Shown one piece after another: positions 1 through 10,663 of a stretch of 64,000 nucleotides of DNA. The stretch is taken from positions 179,626 through 243,625 of the forward strand of contig JADJFD010000001.1 in assembly GCA_016708765.1 (NCBI GenBank), in the 5' to 3' direction. The position numbers and the translations under genes are program-made. The DNA is from Chitinophagaceae bacterium (GTDB lineage Bacteria; Bacteroidota; Bacteroidia; Chitinophagales; Chitinophagaceae). The notes beneath the pieces were generated by a model that was given only the letters and a program-made list of their open reading frames with translations, had not been told where the DNA came from and did not search any database. The first letter of the stretch is position 1. Every line of letters starts with the position of its first letter.

Positions 1-1
1 A

Positions 2-277
2 CCGGCTTATGATCTTCTGTGTACCAAAATAGCTATGCCTGAGGATAAAGATGAGATGGCGTTAACTATTAATGCAAGAAAGCGAAAGCTGCGCAAAAGT
101 GACTTTGATACTTTAGCAAAAAATCTGAAGATCCCTGAAAAGGCAATGGAGAATAGTTATAAAAAATTTGTTGATAAAATACCTGAAGCAAAAGAATGGA
201 TAGGTATTTCTTTTCTGTCGAAGAAAATGAAAGTAGGGTACAATGGAATTATTGATGAAAGGGTATTGGATGTATAA
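2..277 (+). CDS. HipA-domain (kinase toxin-like) protein, C-terminal part; 5' end lies outside the window
   Basis: The frame is open from base 2 and reads PAYDLLCTKIAMPEDKDEMALTINARKRKL. PAYDL followed by xMALTIN is typical of the HipA C-terminal region. Confidence 0.75.
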   Translation, partial: PAYDLLCTKIAMPEDKDEMALTINARKRKLRKSDFDTLAKNLKIPEKAMENSYKKFVDKIPEAKEWIGISFLSKKMKVGYNGIIDERVLDV

Positions 278-384
278 GAAAAAAGTTTATATAAAAGTGT
301 AAAATAGTAAACTGAGATTGCATTACAATAATTTAAAAAGCAATGGTCAATCTTAATGATTGACCATTGCATATTGTTTATTGC

Positions 385-585
385 CTATTCGCCTGCTATT
401 TTCTCTCTTTTGTCTTTATTCCAGCTTCTATGCTTGGCTCCATCCATCTTTACAATCTTTTGCGTAAACTTCCCTACTACATCCACCAGTGGTTTTTGTG
501 AATGCATTACTACATTGATCACTTTATATGCAAATGGTGATTCATCCATTCCGCCGCCGAGTAATCTAACGCCAAACTTTTTCAT
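385..585 (-). pseudogene. RtcB-family RNA ligase, isolated C-terminal fragment
   Basis: GVRLLGGGMDESPFAYKVINVVMHSQKPLVDVVGKFTQKIVKMD resembles the RtcB C-terminus (GGGxDEAPxAYKDI..V...Q..LV.V.G.F.PKIV.M). An in-frame stop lies just upstream and no catalytic N-terminal part is visible. Confidence 0.75.
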
Positions 586-635
586 TTCGTCCTTAATTTT
601 TTTTATCGGCTAACAAGCTATTAAAAGAATCGCCA

Positions 636-1076
636 GTGGCCTATATTGCCCGTTGCCAAAAGGTAGAAGAACTGCCATTAAAAATTTTTGCAAAAGATTC
701 CATTACAAACTCGCCTTTTACTTGGTATATCAAAAAAGGAAACTGGTATTATAAGGCACGACATAAAAGTGCTGGAGTAAATATCAGTGCCAAAAAAATG
801 AATGCACAATTTGAATTGATGCTTGCCAGTTTTGAATACAATAAAGAATATATAAGCATACTTAAAAAGAACCTGATGCGAAAACTAGAAGAACGACTTG
901 AATCGCATCTTGTTGACTCAGCTAGCAGAAGTTCGATTTTTTGGATGAAAGCTTATAGACAATCTAGGATTTTATCTATTAGGATAAAAGTTCGAATCAG
1001 CTCGGAAATCTATCGGCCAATTATAAAAGTTATTTGTGATGATTTTGTTACTTTAGCCTGTATTGGAAGATTATAA
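636..1076 (+). pseudogene. Fragment resembling the recombinase/zinc-ribbon region of a large serine recombinase
   Basis: EELPLKIFAKDSITNSPFTWYIKKGNWYYKARHKSAGVNISAKKMNAQFE resembles Bacteroidota recombinase-family proteins (LPLK.F......PFTGY..KG.WYYK....N.SAK). There is no catalytic N-terminal domain, and the last ~50 aa look non-coding. Confidence 0.55.
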
Positions 1077-1659
1077 TTCATATGATGAAAAAGATTTGCT
1101 TCGATTGTTTGCTTTAGATAATAGCAAAGCATTTGAAGCAATATATAAGCGGTATTACCTTTCTGTATTCCGTTTTGCAAAAAATATGCTGCCCGACAGT
1201 CAGGCAGCTGAAGACATCACCACGGAAACATTTCTGAAGATATGGGATAAAAAAATAAATTTTGAGTCCTTACCAAAATTGGAGTCCTTTTTATTCACGA
1301 CGGTCCGGAATGCTTGCAGAAATTGGTTGCGGGATGAAAAACGTCATGCGGCCGATCACCAGAAATTGGTCGGCATACTTGAAGTACAAACGGAAATGGA
1401 TTTCATGACCAACGAGATTACAGAGAAAGTTTATATTTATTTACAAGATGAAATCAATAAACTACCATTTAAATCCAGATCCATTCTCCGTCTCCAACTG
1501 CTGGGACTAAAGAATCAAGATATAGCTAAAGAACTTGGGATGGCGGAAAAAACAGTTCGCAACCTAAAATCAGACGCACTAAAACTCCTCCGATTTGCAT
1601 TGCTAAAAGATGAATTTTATCTAGTGTTATTATTGTTTTATCTGGGTGAAAAACTTTGA
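1063..1659 (+). CDS. ECF RNA polymerase sigma-70 factor
   Basis: Region 2 (AFEAIYKRYY...AEDITTETFLKIW) and region 4 HTH (IAKELGMAEKTVRN); directly upstream of fecR. Confidence 0.92.
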   Translation: MEDYNSYDEKDLLRLFALDNSKAFEAIYKRYYLSVFRFAKNMLPDSQAAEDITTETFLKIWDKKINFESLPKLESFLFTTVRNACRNWLRDEKRHAADHQKLVGILEVQTEMDFMTNEITEKVYIYLQDEINKLPFKSRSILRLQLLGLKNQDIAKELGMAEKTVRNLKSDALKLLRFALLKDEFYLVLLLFYLGEKL

Positions 1660-1697
1660 TTCGGGACAAATCCTGATGCTTGGTGTTATAGAAATGT

Positions 1698-2864
1698 ATG
1701 TCTGATACCAATAATCATATTTCAGTTTTGCTGATAAAAAGCCTTACTGGGGAAATAACAGCTTCTGAAGATCTGGAACTAAAACAATGGATGCAGCAAT
1801 CTGATGCTAATCGAAAAGTTGCAGATGAGTTTTTAAAGAATGATTCCTTTAAGGAAGGCCTGAGCGACTTGATGAAGAAAGAAACGATCTGGGAAAGAAT
1901 TCAAGAACAAATCAATCTTAGGTCAGGCAAAGTCATCCGGGTGAACTGGTATAAACGCATAGCTATTGCCGCTTCAGTTTTTTTGGTACTTGGCCTGAGT
2001 GCTTATCTTGCTTTTTTTCAAAAATCGGATGGGAATAAAGGAAAAGAAGTAACTAAAACAACAGATATCAATCCTGGTGGTTATAAAGCAAGGCTCATCC
2101 TCTCAGATGGCCGCAGCATAATCTTAGACAGTGCTGCATCCGGCGAGCTAGCTCAGCAGGGCAATACATCGATTCTAAATAAAAACAATCAATTAGTATA
2201 CGAATCAACTGGGCAAGTCGGATCAGATGAATATAATACACTTGCTACAGGAAGAGCTGAAATGTATTCATTGACCATGGCAGATGGTACCAAAATATGG
2301 TTGAATTCGGAATCTTCCATTTACTTCCCGGTGGCTTTTAATGATAAAGAAAGACGAATTGAAGTAACCGGCGAAGTGTACATACAAGTAGCTAAAAATC
2401 CTTCAAAGCCTTTTATTGTTTCAGTTAATGGTATGGAAGTACTGGCAATGGGTACCGAATTTAATATTAATTCATATAAAGATGAAGATGATATTAGTAC
2501 CACATTGGTAGAAGGAACGGTTAAAGTAAGCAAAGGCGGAATAAATACAATATTAAAGCCGGGACAACAAACAAAGCTAATCCGCAATGGACAATTTACT
2601 CCTCCTGCATCAATTAACATCGATGAGATTACCGGCTGGAGAAATGGATGGTTTCATTTTGAAAGTGCTGATCTGAAAACTATACTTCGTCAATTTGCCC
2701 GTTGGTATAATGTGGAAGTAGTATATGAAGGCCCCGTGAAAAATCGGAAATTTTTTGGAATTGTTAAGCGAAGTAGCAGTCTTTCAACTGTACTTGAAAT
2801 GTTGCAGGACAACGATATTATTTTCAAAATCGAAGGGAAAAAACTGATTGTAAAATCAGGGTAA
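1698..2864 (+). CDS. FecR-family anti-sigma factor
   Basis: TM segment AIAASVFLVLGLSAYL, FecR domain (LTMADGTKIWLNSESSI, GEVYIQVAKNPSKPFIV, LAMGTEFNI) and C-terminal WRNGWFHF. Confidence 0.93.
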   Translation: MSDTNNHISVLLIKSLTGEITASEDLELKQWMQQSDANRKVADEFLKNDSFKEGLSDLMKKETIWERIQEQINLRSGKVIRVNWYKRIAIAASVFLVLGLSAYLAFFQKSDGNKGKEVTKTTDINPGGYKARLILSDGRSIILDSAASGELAQQGNTSILNKNNQLVYESTGQVGSDEYNTLATGRAEMYSLTMADGTKIWLNSESSIYFPVAFNDKERRIEVTGEVYIQVAKNPSKPFIVSVNGMEVLAMGTEFNINSYKDEDDISTTLVEGTVKVSKGGINTILKPGQQTKLIRNGQFTPPASINIDEITGWRNGWFHFESADLKTILRQFARWYNVEVVYEGPVKNRKFFGIVKRSSSLSTVLEMLQDNDIIFKIEGKKLIVKSG

Positions 2865-2881
2865 AATAAGTTAAAACAAAA

Positions 2882-2905
2882 CCGCTCCGTGTTGTGGCGA
2901 AGCGG
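2882..2905 (+). promoter_or_regulatory. Imperfect hairpin in the fecR-susC spacer
   Basis: ccgctccg-tgttgtgg-cgaagcgg; arms pair with one mismatch. Function inferred only from position. Confidence 0.35.
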
Positions 2906-2971
2906 CGATGTTTGGTAACGATTAACAAAACGGTTAGGAATCATTTTTCAATCACTAAACTTTGCAAAGCT

Positions 2972-5900
2972 ATGCAATTAACTGCTATTGCCCGTTCACT
3001 TAGCTGTACTAACGGACTAACATCCCGCCTAGGCCGGGACAAAATTAAATTCTGGAAGGTTATGAGATTAACAGCCATCTTATTGACTTTTGCTTGTCTG
3101 CAGGTTGCAGCTAGTGGTACAGGACAAACTGTAACATTAAAAGTAAAGAATGCACCCATGAAAGAGGTGTTCAGGGAGATTCAAAAACAAACCGGACTTA
3201 ATGTACTGGTAGATGAAGCCTTGTTGGAAAAAGTAGGTAAAGTAACATTGGATGTGCGTAATATGCCAGTTTCTCATGTCCTTAATATCTGTTTGAAGGA
3301 TGAACCAGTTAGCTATACGATTATGGATGGTAGAATAGTGGTAAAACCTTCCTCAACAGGGAAGTTTCAATCGCCAATCATTTCCACTACTAATCCTCAA
3401 GAACCTCTGGCTGCAATCCCTATAAAAGGAAGAGTAACTGACAAAGATGGTAATCCGTTGGAAGGGGCCAATGTAAAAGTGAAAGGCAGTAAAACTGGTA
3501 CTACAACTGATAACCAGGGTAGGTTTACAATAAATGTCAACGAAGGCGATATTCTTGTGGTTAGTTATATTGGGTTTTCTGAATTCACTCTCTCAGTAAC
3601 GGCTGCTGCAATTAATAGTGCAGAAGGCTTTTCAGTAAGATTGAACCCTGCTCAAACCGTTTTGGACGAAACGGTGATAAAAGGGTATTACAAATCTAGC
3701 AGGAAGGCGAGTACAGGATCTATAGCCACTATCTCTGCTGATAAAATTGGGAATCAGCCAGTAGCTGATCCAATTTCAAGTATTCAAGGAAGAGCATCCG
3801 GAGTTATGGTAACCTCTTCAAGTGGTATGCCGGGCTCAAGTTTTCAAGTACGAATAAGGGGTGAGAATTCTATGAGTAATGGAAACGAACCTTTATATGT
3901 TGTTGATGGAGTTCCATTTATTTTTCCTACTGTGCTTAATCAATTTACCGGTGCAAATGGAAACCAGAGTCCATTAAATAGCATTAATCCGGGGGATATA
4001 GAAAGAATAGATATATTGAAAGATGCAGATGCAACAGCTATTTATGGATCCAGAGGTGCAAATGGCGTAATACTTATAACTACAAAAAGAGGAACAGCAG
4101 CAGAGAGTCAGATTGCCGTGAATATTTATACAGGCACACGTCATGTTGGAAATAAGCTTGACTTTATGAATACTCAGCAATACCTTGAAATGAGGAAAGA
4201 AGGATTTCTGAATGATGCTGCAACTATGACTCTTACAAATGCTCCTGACTTATTGCTTTGGGATCAGAATGCCTATACTGACTGGCAGGATTTACTGATG
4301 GGAAATACTGCGAACGTTACACAGGCTCAGGTTTCGTTTTCTGGCGGTAATGCGCAAACGAAATTTTTGATAACGGGAGCAGTTAATAAAGAAAGTACTG
4401 TATTGTTAGGTGATTTTGGATATACACGGGGAAGTACTCACTTTAGCATTGACCATACGTCTAAAAACGGAAAGTTTGGGTTAACCACTTCCATAAATTT
4501 CGCTACTGATAAAAACGATATTGTTCCCACAGATGTCTCACAATATTTTGGCTTGCCTCCAAATTTTCCGGTCTATAATCCGGATGGGTCTTTATACTGG
4601 TATGGAAGTACACAGAATCCGGTAGCATATCTAAATAGGACATATGAAACACAAACCAATAATCTGATTGGCAATAATACGCTGAGATATGTAATATTAC
4701 CGGGACTGACAGCAAGGGCAAATCTGGGTTATACATTAACCACAATGAAACAATTACAGACGTTACCAGCAAGCGGTTTCACTAATATCAGTCCTGTTCC
4801 GGGAAGTACCGCCCAATATGGTAATTCTGATGTGAATTCTTATATCATTGAACCGCAACTCGATTACACAAAATGGTTAGGTCCTGGGAAATTAAGTTTA
4901 TTGGCTGGAGGCAGTTGGCAGTAAACAATACAGGAAGGTAATTATTTCTTGGGAGCTGGATATTCAAGCGATGCACTTTTAAAAAACAGAGCTGCAGCCA
5001 CTTCTTTAACATTAAGGAACTACAATTATTCCGAATATAAATATCAGGCAGTTTACGGTCGGATCAACTATGACATCAAATCTAAGTACATTCTCAATTT
5101 GACTTTCAGGAGAGATGGTTCTTCTCGTTTTGGCGAGGGTAATAAATTTGGAAATTTTGGTGCAGTAGGCGGTGCATGGGTTTTTTCGGATGAAAAATTT
5201 GTTGAGAATAACTTGTCATTCTTGAGCCTCGGTAAATTAAGGGCTAGTTATGGAATTACAGGGAATGATCAGATAGGGGATTACCAGTATCTTGATAGTT
5301 GGTCATCCAGCACATTCCCTTATGGCGGACAAAGTGGTCTGAGTCCTGCGAGAGCTTTTAACCCTAATTTCAGTTGGGAAACTAATAGGAAATTGGATAT
5401 TTCTCTGGAGCTAGGATTTTTAAAAGATAGGGTGTCGTTAATTACCAGTTATTATAATAACCGTTCAGATGATCAGCTCGTCGGTCAAACACTTTCTCCT
5501 CAATCTGGATTTAGTTCCTATACTTCAAATTTCCCTGCTTTGGTTGAAAATAAAGGATTGGAATTTGATTTGAATACACAAAATATTAAAAAGAAAAATT
5601 TTACCTGGAATACTGCATTCAATATTTCCTTCCCGGGTAATAAACTGTTACGCTATGATAACCTAGCAAGTTCGGGTGATGCTTCCGGTTATGAAGTTGG
5701 TAAAAGTACCAGAATTATAAAAGGGTTTAAATTCACCGGAGTAAATCCGAATACAGGAGTTCCCGAATTCCTGGATGTAAATAGGGACGGACTTATCAAT
5801 TCGGCGGGTGACTGGGTGGTTTTGGGTCAAACCTTGCCGAAGTTCTTTGGCGGGTTATCAAATGAATTCAAGTATAAAAATCTAAGCCTTGATATATTTT

Positions 5901-6370
5901 TCCAATTTGTAAAACAGGAAGCACCAACAATCGATTGGGGGCCTCTTGCTGGAGCTTATGGTGGGATGAGTAATAAATCGACAGCTGTATTGGACAGATG
6001 GAGAAACCCTGGGGACATCACTTCTATACCCCGTGCCACTGTTACGTCCACTAACGCAGCAAATATTGCTTTCAGAAATTTTTATCGGTCATCAGATGCA
6101 GTATGGGGAGATGCTTCCTATTTACGATTAAAAAATGTTTCATTGCGATATGACCTTTCTTCATTAACCAAACGTTGGAAGATTGCGGCCAGCAGTATTT
6201 ATATACAAGGTCAGAATTTGCTCACTTTTACCAAATACAACGGTCTTGACCCGGAAATCAATGGATTCGACAGGCGGTTTGTTTTTCCTATCAATCCTTT
6301 TGGATCAGTTAAAACATCAGCCATGCCAGTATTAAGAACTATTGCGGTAGGTTTAAATATATCTATTTAG
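2972..6370 (+). pseudogene. SusC/RagA TonB-dependent outer-membrane transporter with N-terminal STN domain, interrupted by one in-frame TAA at 4922-4924
   Basis: STN-like segment (VTLKVKNAPMKEVFREIQKQTG), plug motifs (IRIRGENS, PLYVVDGVP, DIERIDILKDADATAIYGSRGANGVILITTKRG) and barrel motifs (RRDGSSRFG, SWETNRKLD). The two track ORFs are in the same frame (W-Q-*-T-I-Q-E-G-N-Y-F-L-G). Confidence 0.9.
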
Positions 6371-6393
6371 TTCTCCTCATTGTTAATTATTAA

Positions 6394-7791
6394 ATGAATT
6401 TTATGAAACATATTATTATTTATATTTTCTTTTTTGCTGGATTTCTTTTCTTAGGAAGTTGCAAAAAATATGTTGAAGTGGATCCTCCACGGACTTCACT
6501 CAGCGATGAACTTGTTTTCACTGATGATAAAACGGCAGAATCTTCGTTGACCGGTTTATACAGTACTATGAACAGTTACTCTTCTTCGTTTGCCAATACG
6601 CAGGCCAATTTTTATCCATCTATGAGTGCTGATGATTTTCATGTGGCTACTGCTAACACTACTTCAGATGAATTCAAAGAAAATGGGCTAACTATCGGTA
6701 ACAGTGTTGTTTCGGGTTTATGGTCACAGCCATATTCACTGATTTATCATGCGAATGCAGTGATCGAAGGATTAAATAAATCTACAACTGTTTCACTTGC
6801 AAAATCTACACAATTGATGGGTGAAGCGAAGTTTCTTCGGGCCTTTTTTTACTTTCACCTGGTGAATTATTTTGGCGATGTACCATTAATAACTAATACT
6901 GACTTTCTAATTAATACATCATTGCCAAGAACAAAAGCCGATCTCGTATATGATGCAATTATACAGGATTTACTAGATGCACAGGCAGCTTTAAGCGATA
7001 ATTATCCGCAGTCCGAACGCATAAGAGCAAACAAAGGAGCAGCTACTGCATTACTGGCAAGGGTTTATTTGTATAGGAGCCAGTGGGATAAAGCAGAAAC
7101 CGAATCTGCTAAAGTGATTGATGATGCAAAATATGTTTTACAGACAAACATCAATAATGTCTTTCTCAGAACAAGTACAGAAGCAATCTGGCAATTGCAG
7201 GCCATTAATACTTCTACAGCAGGACCTATCAATACATGGGAAGGCTATTCGATTATACCTATCAACGCTACCACAGCCCCGGGTTACGTTATGTACCCGA
7301 ATTTTATCTCATCTTTTGAATCACTTACAGACAAGAGATACCTGAACTGGCTGAAAGCTTATACCCCTGCGGTAGGACCAATTGTATTTTATCCGTTTAA
7401 ATATAAAGTGAGAACGGGGACTGTTACAGAATATTCAATGGTACTCCGTAAGGCAGAGCAATACTTGATCCGTGCAGAAGCAAGAGCACAACTCAACAAT
7501 CTATCCGGTGCCAAATCGGATATTGATGAAATAAGAATTAGAGCCGGTCTTCCTATACTTGGTGCAGGCCTTACTAAAGATCAAATTTTATTAGCCGTTG
7601 AAAAAGAAAGAAAACTAGAATTGTTTAGTGAGTGGGGCCACCGGTGGTTCGACCTCAAAAGAACGGGCCGAGTAGTAACCGTTCTTGGTGCTTTCAAAAC
7701 AGCAGTTTCTACAGATGATCAATTATACCCGATCCCATTGAATGCAACTCTCACAAACAATAATTTGGTACAAAATCCTGGATATTTTTAA
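6394..7791 (+). CDS. RagB/SusD-family lipoprotein
   Basis: Lipobox LGSC, EAKFLRAFFYFHLVNYFGDVPL, YLIRAEARAQ, ERKLELFSEWGHRWFDLKRTG, C-terminal LVQNPGY. Confidence 0.95.
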   Translation: MNFMKHIIIYIFFFAGFLFLGSCKKYVEVDPPRTSLSDELVFTDDKTAESSLTGLYSTMNSYSSSFANTQANFYPSMSADDFHVATANTTSDEFKENGLTIGNSVVSGLWSQPYSLIYHANAVIEGLNKSTTVSLAKSTQLMGEAKFLRAFFYFHLVNYFGDVPLITNTDFLINTSLPRTKADLVYDAIIQDLLDAQAALSDNYPQSERIRANKGAATALLARVYLYRSQWDKAETESAKVIDDAKYVLQTNINNVFLRTSTEAIWQLQAINTSTAGPINTWEGYSIIPINATTAPGYVMYPNFISSFESLTDKRYLNWLKAYTPAVGPIVFYPFKYKVRTGTVTEYSMVLRKAEQYLIRAEARAQLNNLSGAKSDIDEIRIRAGLPILGAGLTKDQILLAVEKERKLELFSEWGHRWFDLKRTGRVVTVLGAFKTAVSTDDQLYPIPLNATLTNNNLVQNPGYF

Positions 7792-7809
7792 CCTGTCAAA
7801 AAAATTACA

Positions 7810-9768
7810 ATGCTGAAATTTGATAAACAGGTAACATCCTGTTTTACCCAATCGCTTTCACAATATTTATTCTTTACAATGTTTTTCCTTACATCTGTAT
7901 GTGGAATAGCGCAACAGGTGAAAATAAAGCCTGAATTTCCAAAGAGGGGTGAGGTTGTTACCATTTACTTTACTCCGGCCTTAACAGTTAAAGAGGATAC
8001 AACTCAAATCAATGAAAAGGATACAGCTGTAACTATCGTATTCACCTATTCAAATTTTTATAATGTTCCATATCGCCTTCCTATGGAGAAAAAAGGGAAT
8101 CATTGGGAAGCTTCTTTTTTACTGGAACGTTATGCAACCTATGCAACTTTTACTTTAGAAAGTGGAACGAAAATACAGTTACCTAAGAAGATGAAACATT
8201 ATGAAGTAGCGGTATTTAATAAAGACAATAGAGTAAAAAGTGGTTATTTGTATGAATCTTATAGCTTGTCTGCACAAATGGGGAAGGACTCCGCAGTTCC
8301 TGATCTGCAATTGGCATTGTTACAAAAGGAATTGGAAATCTATCCAGATAATTATGAGGCCAAGGTTAGGTTACTTCATAATAAAATGAATCGTACGACT
8401 GGTGACGAGAAAGAAAAATACAGAATTCAGGCGTTGAATGTAATTGCGGCCAATTTTTATAAAAAACCAGGAGATCCTGGTTTAAGGGATAAAACAACAA
8501 TGGGGTATTTGATCATTGGTGAAAAAACTAGGGTCGATTCTATTCATAAAGTGATCAGGGATAAATATCCGAATACAGATGCCGGTTATGATATGCAGGT
8601 GTCGGAAATACAGCGTTTGGATGACAAAAAGGAAAGAAAAAATAAAGCAGAGTCGTTGTTGAAGAAAACGCCGTCGGCAAAAGCAAAATTCATTAATGAA
8701 CTCCACGAAACATTAATGCAATATTATGTTGAAGCGAAAAATTTGAAGAAGGCCTTATATCATCTTAATCTGATTAAAACAGATACGACTCCTTATCGTG
8801 GACCGACTTTATTAAAACATGCACTGTTATTTTTAAATAATGGGATGCTTTTGGATACGGCATTGGTCTATACAGAAAAAGCTTTTGGTTTAGCAGAAAG
8901 CTTTCCTGCAGGACTAATCCGCTATTGGCCCGAAACAGGTTATGTACTTCCTTATGTATCTCCCTCTGTTAAAATGCAGGTAGTACAAACGGCACGGGCA
9001 AATTCCCTTTCATTGAAAGCACTCATTCTCCATAAAAAAGGCGACAGGCAAAAAGCCGGAGAAAATCTTAGTCGGGCACTTGCTTTATCCTCTGATCCGA
9101 AAACATTGGCCAATGCGGCCGTCTATTACCGTCTTGAAGGCAAATATGAAGATGCGTACCATCTAACTAAAAAATTGGTAATGGACGGGCAAGAAGATAC
9201 AGCGGCACAACGCCACATGCAGGAAGATTATACCAAATGGAAAAAAAGTACCGATGGGTGGGAAAAAGAAATGAAAGATGTGACGGATCATTGGAGAACG
9301 GTAATAATGATTGGATTGAAGAAAGAACGTATCAATAAGAAACTTCCTGTAATGGAGAGATTGGTAAATATCAAGGGAGAGCCGGTTCCTGCTTCAGCAA
9401 TGGTAGGAAAAGTAGTTGTGATTGATTTTTGGGCTACCTGGTGTGTTCCTTGTATGAAGGAGATGCCATATTTACAGGCTGTTTATAACCGTTATAAAGA
9501 TAATCCAAAAGTGCTTTTCATGGTTGTTAACAGCGGGTCTGGGAATACGTTGCAAGATGCACAGGGATGGAAAGGGAATAAAACATATTCTTTTCCTGTT
9601 TATTATACCGATGAAAAATTGTTAGGAGAAAGGTTTGGATTTAATGTAATCCCTTCCACTTTTATTGTTTCGCCTTCGGGATATATTCAATTCCGCAATA
9701 TAGGTTTTGAAGGGCCGGCAATTGAGTATAAATTGTCTACTGCTATTGATTTGTTATTGTCGGAATAA
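7810..9768 (+). CDS. TlpA/redoxin-domain protein with long helical (TPR-like) N-terminal region
   Basis: C-terminal GKVVVIDFWATWCVPCMKEMP thioredoxin-like motif; signal-peptide-like N-terminus. Confidence 0.85.
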   Translation: MLKFDKQVTSCFTQSLSQYLFFTMFFLTSVCGIAQQVKIKPEFPKRGEVVTIYFTPALTVKEDTTQINEKDTAVTIVFTYSNFYNVPYRLPMEKKGNHWEASFLLERYATYATFTLESGTKIQLPKKMKHYEVAVFNKDNRVKSGYLYESYSLSAQMGKDSAVPDLQLALLQKELEIYPDNYEAKVRLLHNKMNRTTGDEKEKYRIQALNVIAANFYKKPGDPGLRDKTTMGYLIIGEKTRVDSIHKVIRDKYPNTDAGYDMQVSEIQRLDDKKERKNKAESLLKKTPSAKAKFINELHETLMQYYVEAKNLKKALYHLNLIKTDTTPYRGPTLLKHALLFLNNGMLLDTALVYTEKAFGLAESFPAGLIRYWPETGYVLPYVSPSVKMQVVQTARANSLSLKALILHKKGDRQKAGENLSRALALSSDPKTLANAAVYYRLEGKYEDAYHLTKKLVMDGQEDTAAQRHMQEDYTKWKKSTDGWEKEMKDVTDHWRTVIMIGLKKERINKKLPVMERLVNIKGEPVPASAMVGKVVVIDFWATWCVPCMKEMPYLQAVYNRYKDNPKVLFMVVNSGSGNTLQDAQGWKGNKTYSFPVYYTDEKLLGERFGFNVIPSTFIVSPSGYIQFRNIGFEGPAIEYKLSTAIDLLLSE

Positions 9769-10324
9769 CTATGTAGATGATATGGCTACCTTCTATTTTT
9801 ATATTTGGTAGTGCATACATTTTCTGCCCTTTTTCAGGATTTAGTTAGCTGACCGAGTGGGAGAGTTTTCAAATCACTTTATTTCAGATTTAAACTTTTT
9901 AGCTTCCTTATATGATTAATTATTAAATGTTTATTAAATCATTTTTTAAAATTTTAAGCCCAGGCGTATTTAGAATTCTTTCGATTTCATTAAAATAAGA
10001 TAGGTTATTGGAGAATAGAGTATTAAAATATGATCATTGAATTCATAGTATATATTTTAATAATTGTGATATAACTTTGAAAAAAATTATTTTTATAACA
10101 ATAGATTTCAGTATTTAATTTTACAATTAAATAGGATGATAAATCTTTGTTTTGTGTAATTCGATTTGTTTTTTGTACTTTTAGACAGATCTTTTTCAGA
10201 CTGGTGTACTTTAAGAGACATTTGCAAATCTTGACTTTTTTGTAATAAATGAATTTGTCAAATAAATGGTTGCACTTAATTGGTTTTCAGTGTTATAAAT
10301 GAATTTTTATTTATCAAAATACTA

Positions 10325-10350
10325 GTCCCGTTCGAATCCGCTCGGGACCT
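10325..10350 (+). mobile_element. Displaced tRNA 3' fragment (T-loop plus acceptor strand); candidate attR of an integrated island
   Basis: GTTCGAATCCGCTCGGGACC has the T-loop and acceptor-strand pattern, but there is no D-arm or anticodon arm upstream. An intrinsic terminator follows immediately. Confidence 0.6.
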
Positions 10351-10361
10351 CTACAAACTAT

Positions 10362-10389
10362 GACCTGCTAGAATTAGCAGGTCTTTTTC
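10362..10389 (+). terminator. Rho-independent terminator
   Basis: gacctgcta-gaat-tagcaggtc followed by TTTTT. Confidence 0.8.
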
Positions 10390-10663
10390 ATTTAAGTATT
10401 TATTGTGGAAGAAGCATTCCTTTCTTGACTATTATTATTTTACTGGTAACTTCATTCGATGGCCTAACAAATTTGTATGGAGTTTAGACGAGTTGCTGAT
10501 AATGAATTGGTTCTGGTTACTTTTTTTCAGATGAACTATACAACAATAAGTAAATATTGAAATAGGATTTTTTTTTGAAAATCAAAAAAGGATTGTTTGG
10601 CGACTCGCTTTTAAACGAAGAGTAATGCTATATATAATACTGTTAAAATAATTCAAGAAGTAA

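Noticed and set aside
9770-10320. Hidden gene or structured RNA in the very AT-rich spacer before the tRNA fragment
   Set aside because: I found no convincing ORF, stable stem or repeat; it is treated as island-edge spacer.
10325-10350. Intact tRNA gene
   Set aside because: Only the T-loop and 3' acceptor strand are present; no D-arm or anticodon arm can be folded upstream.
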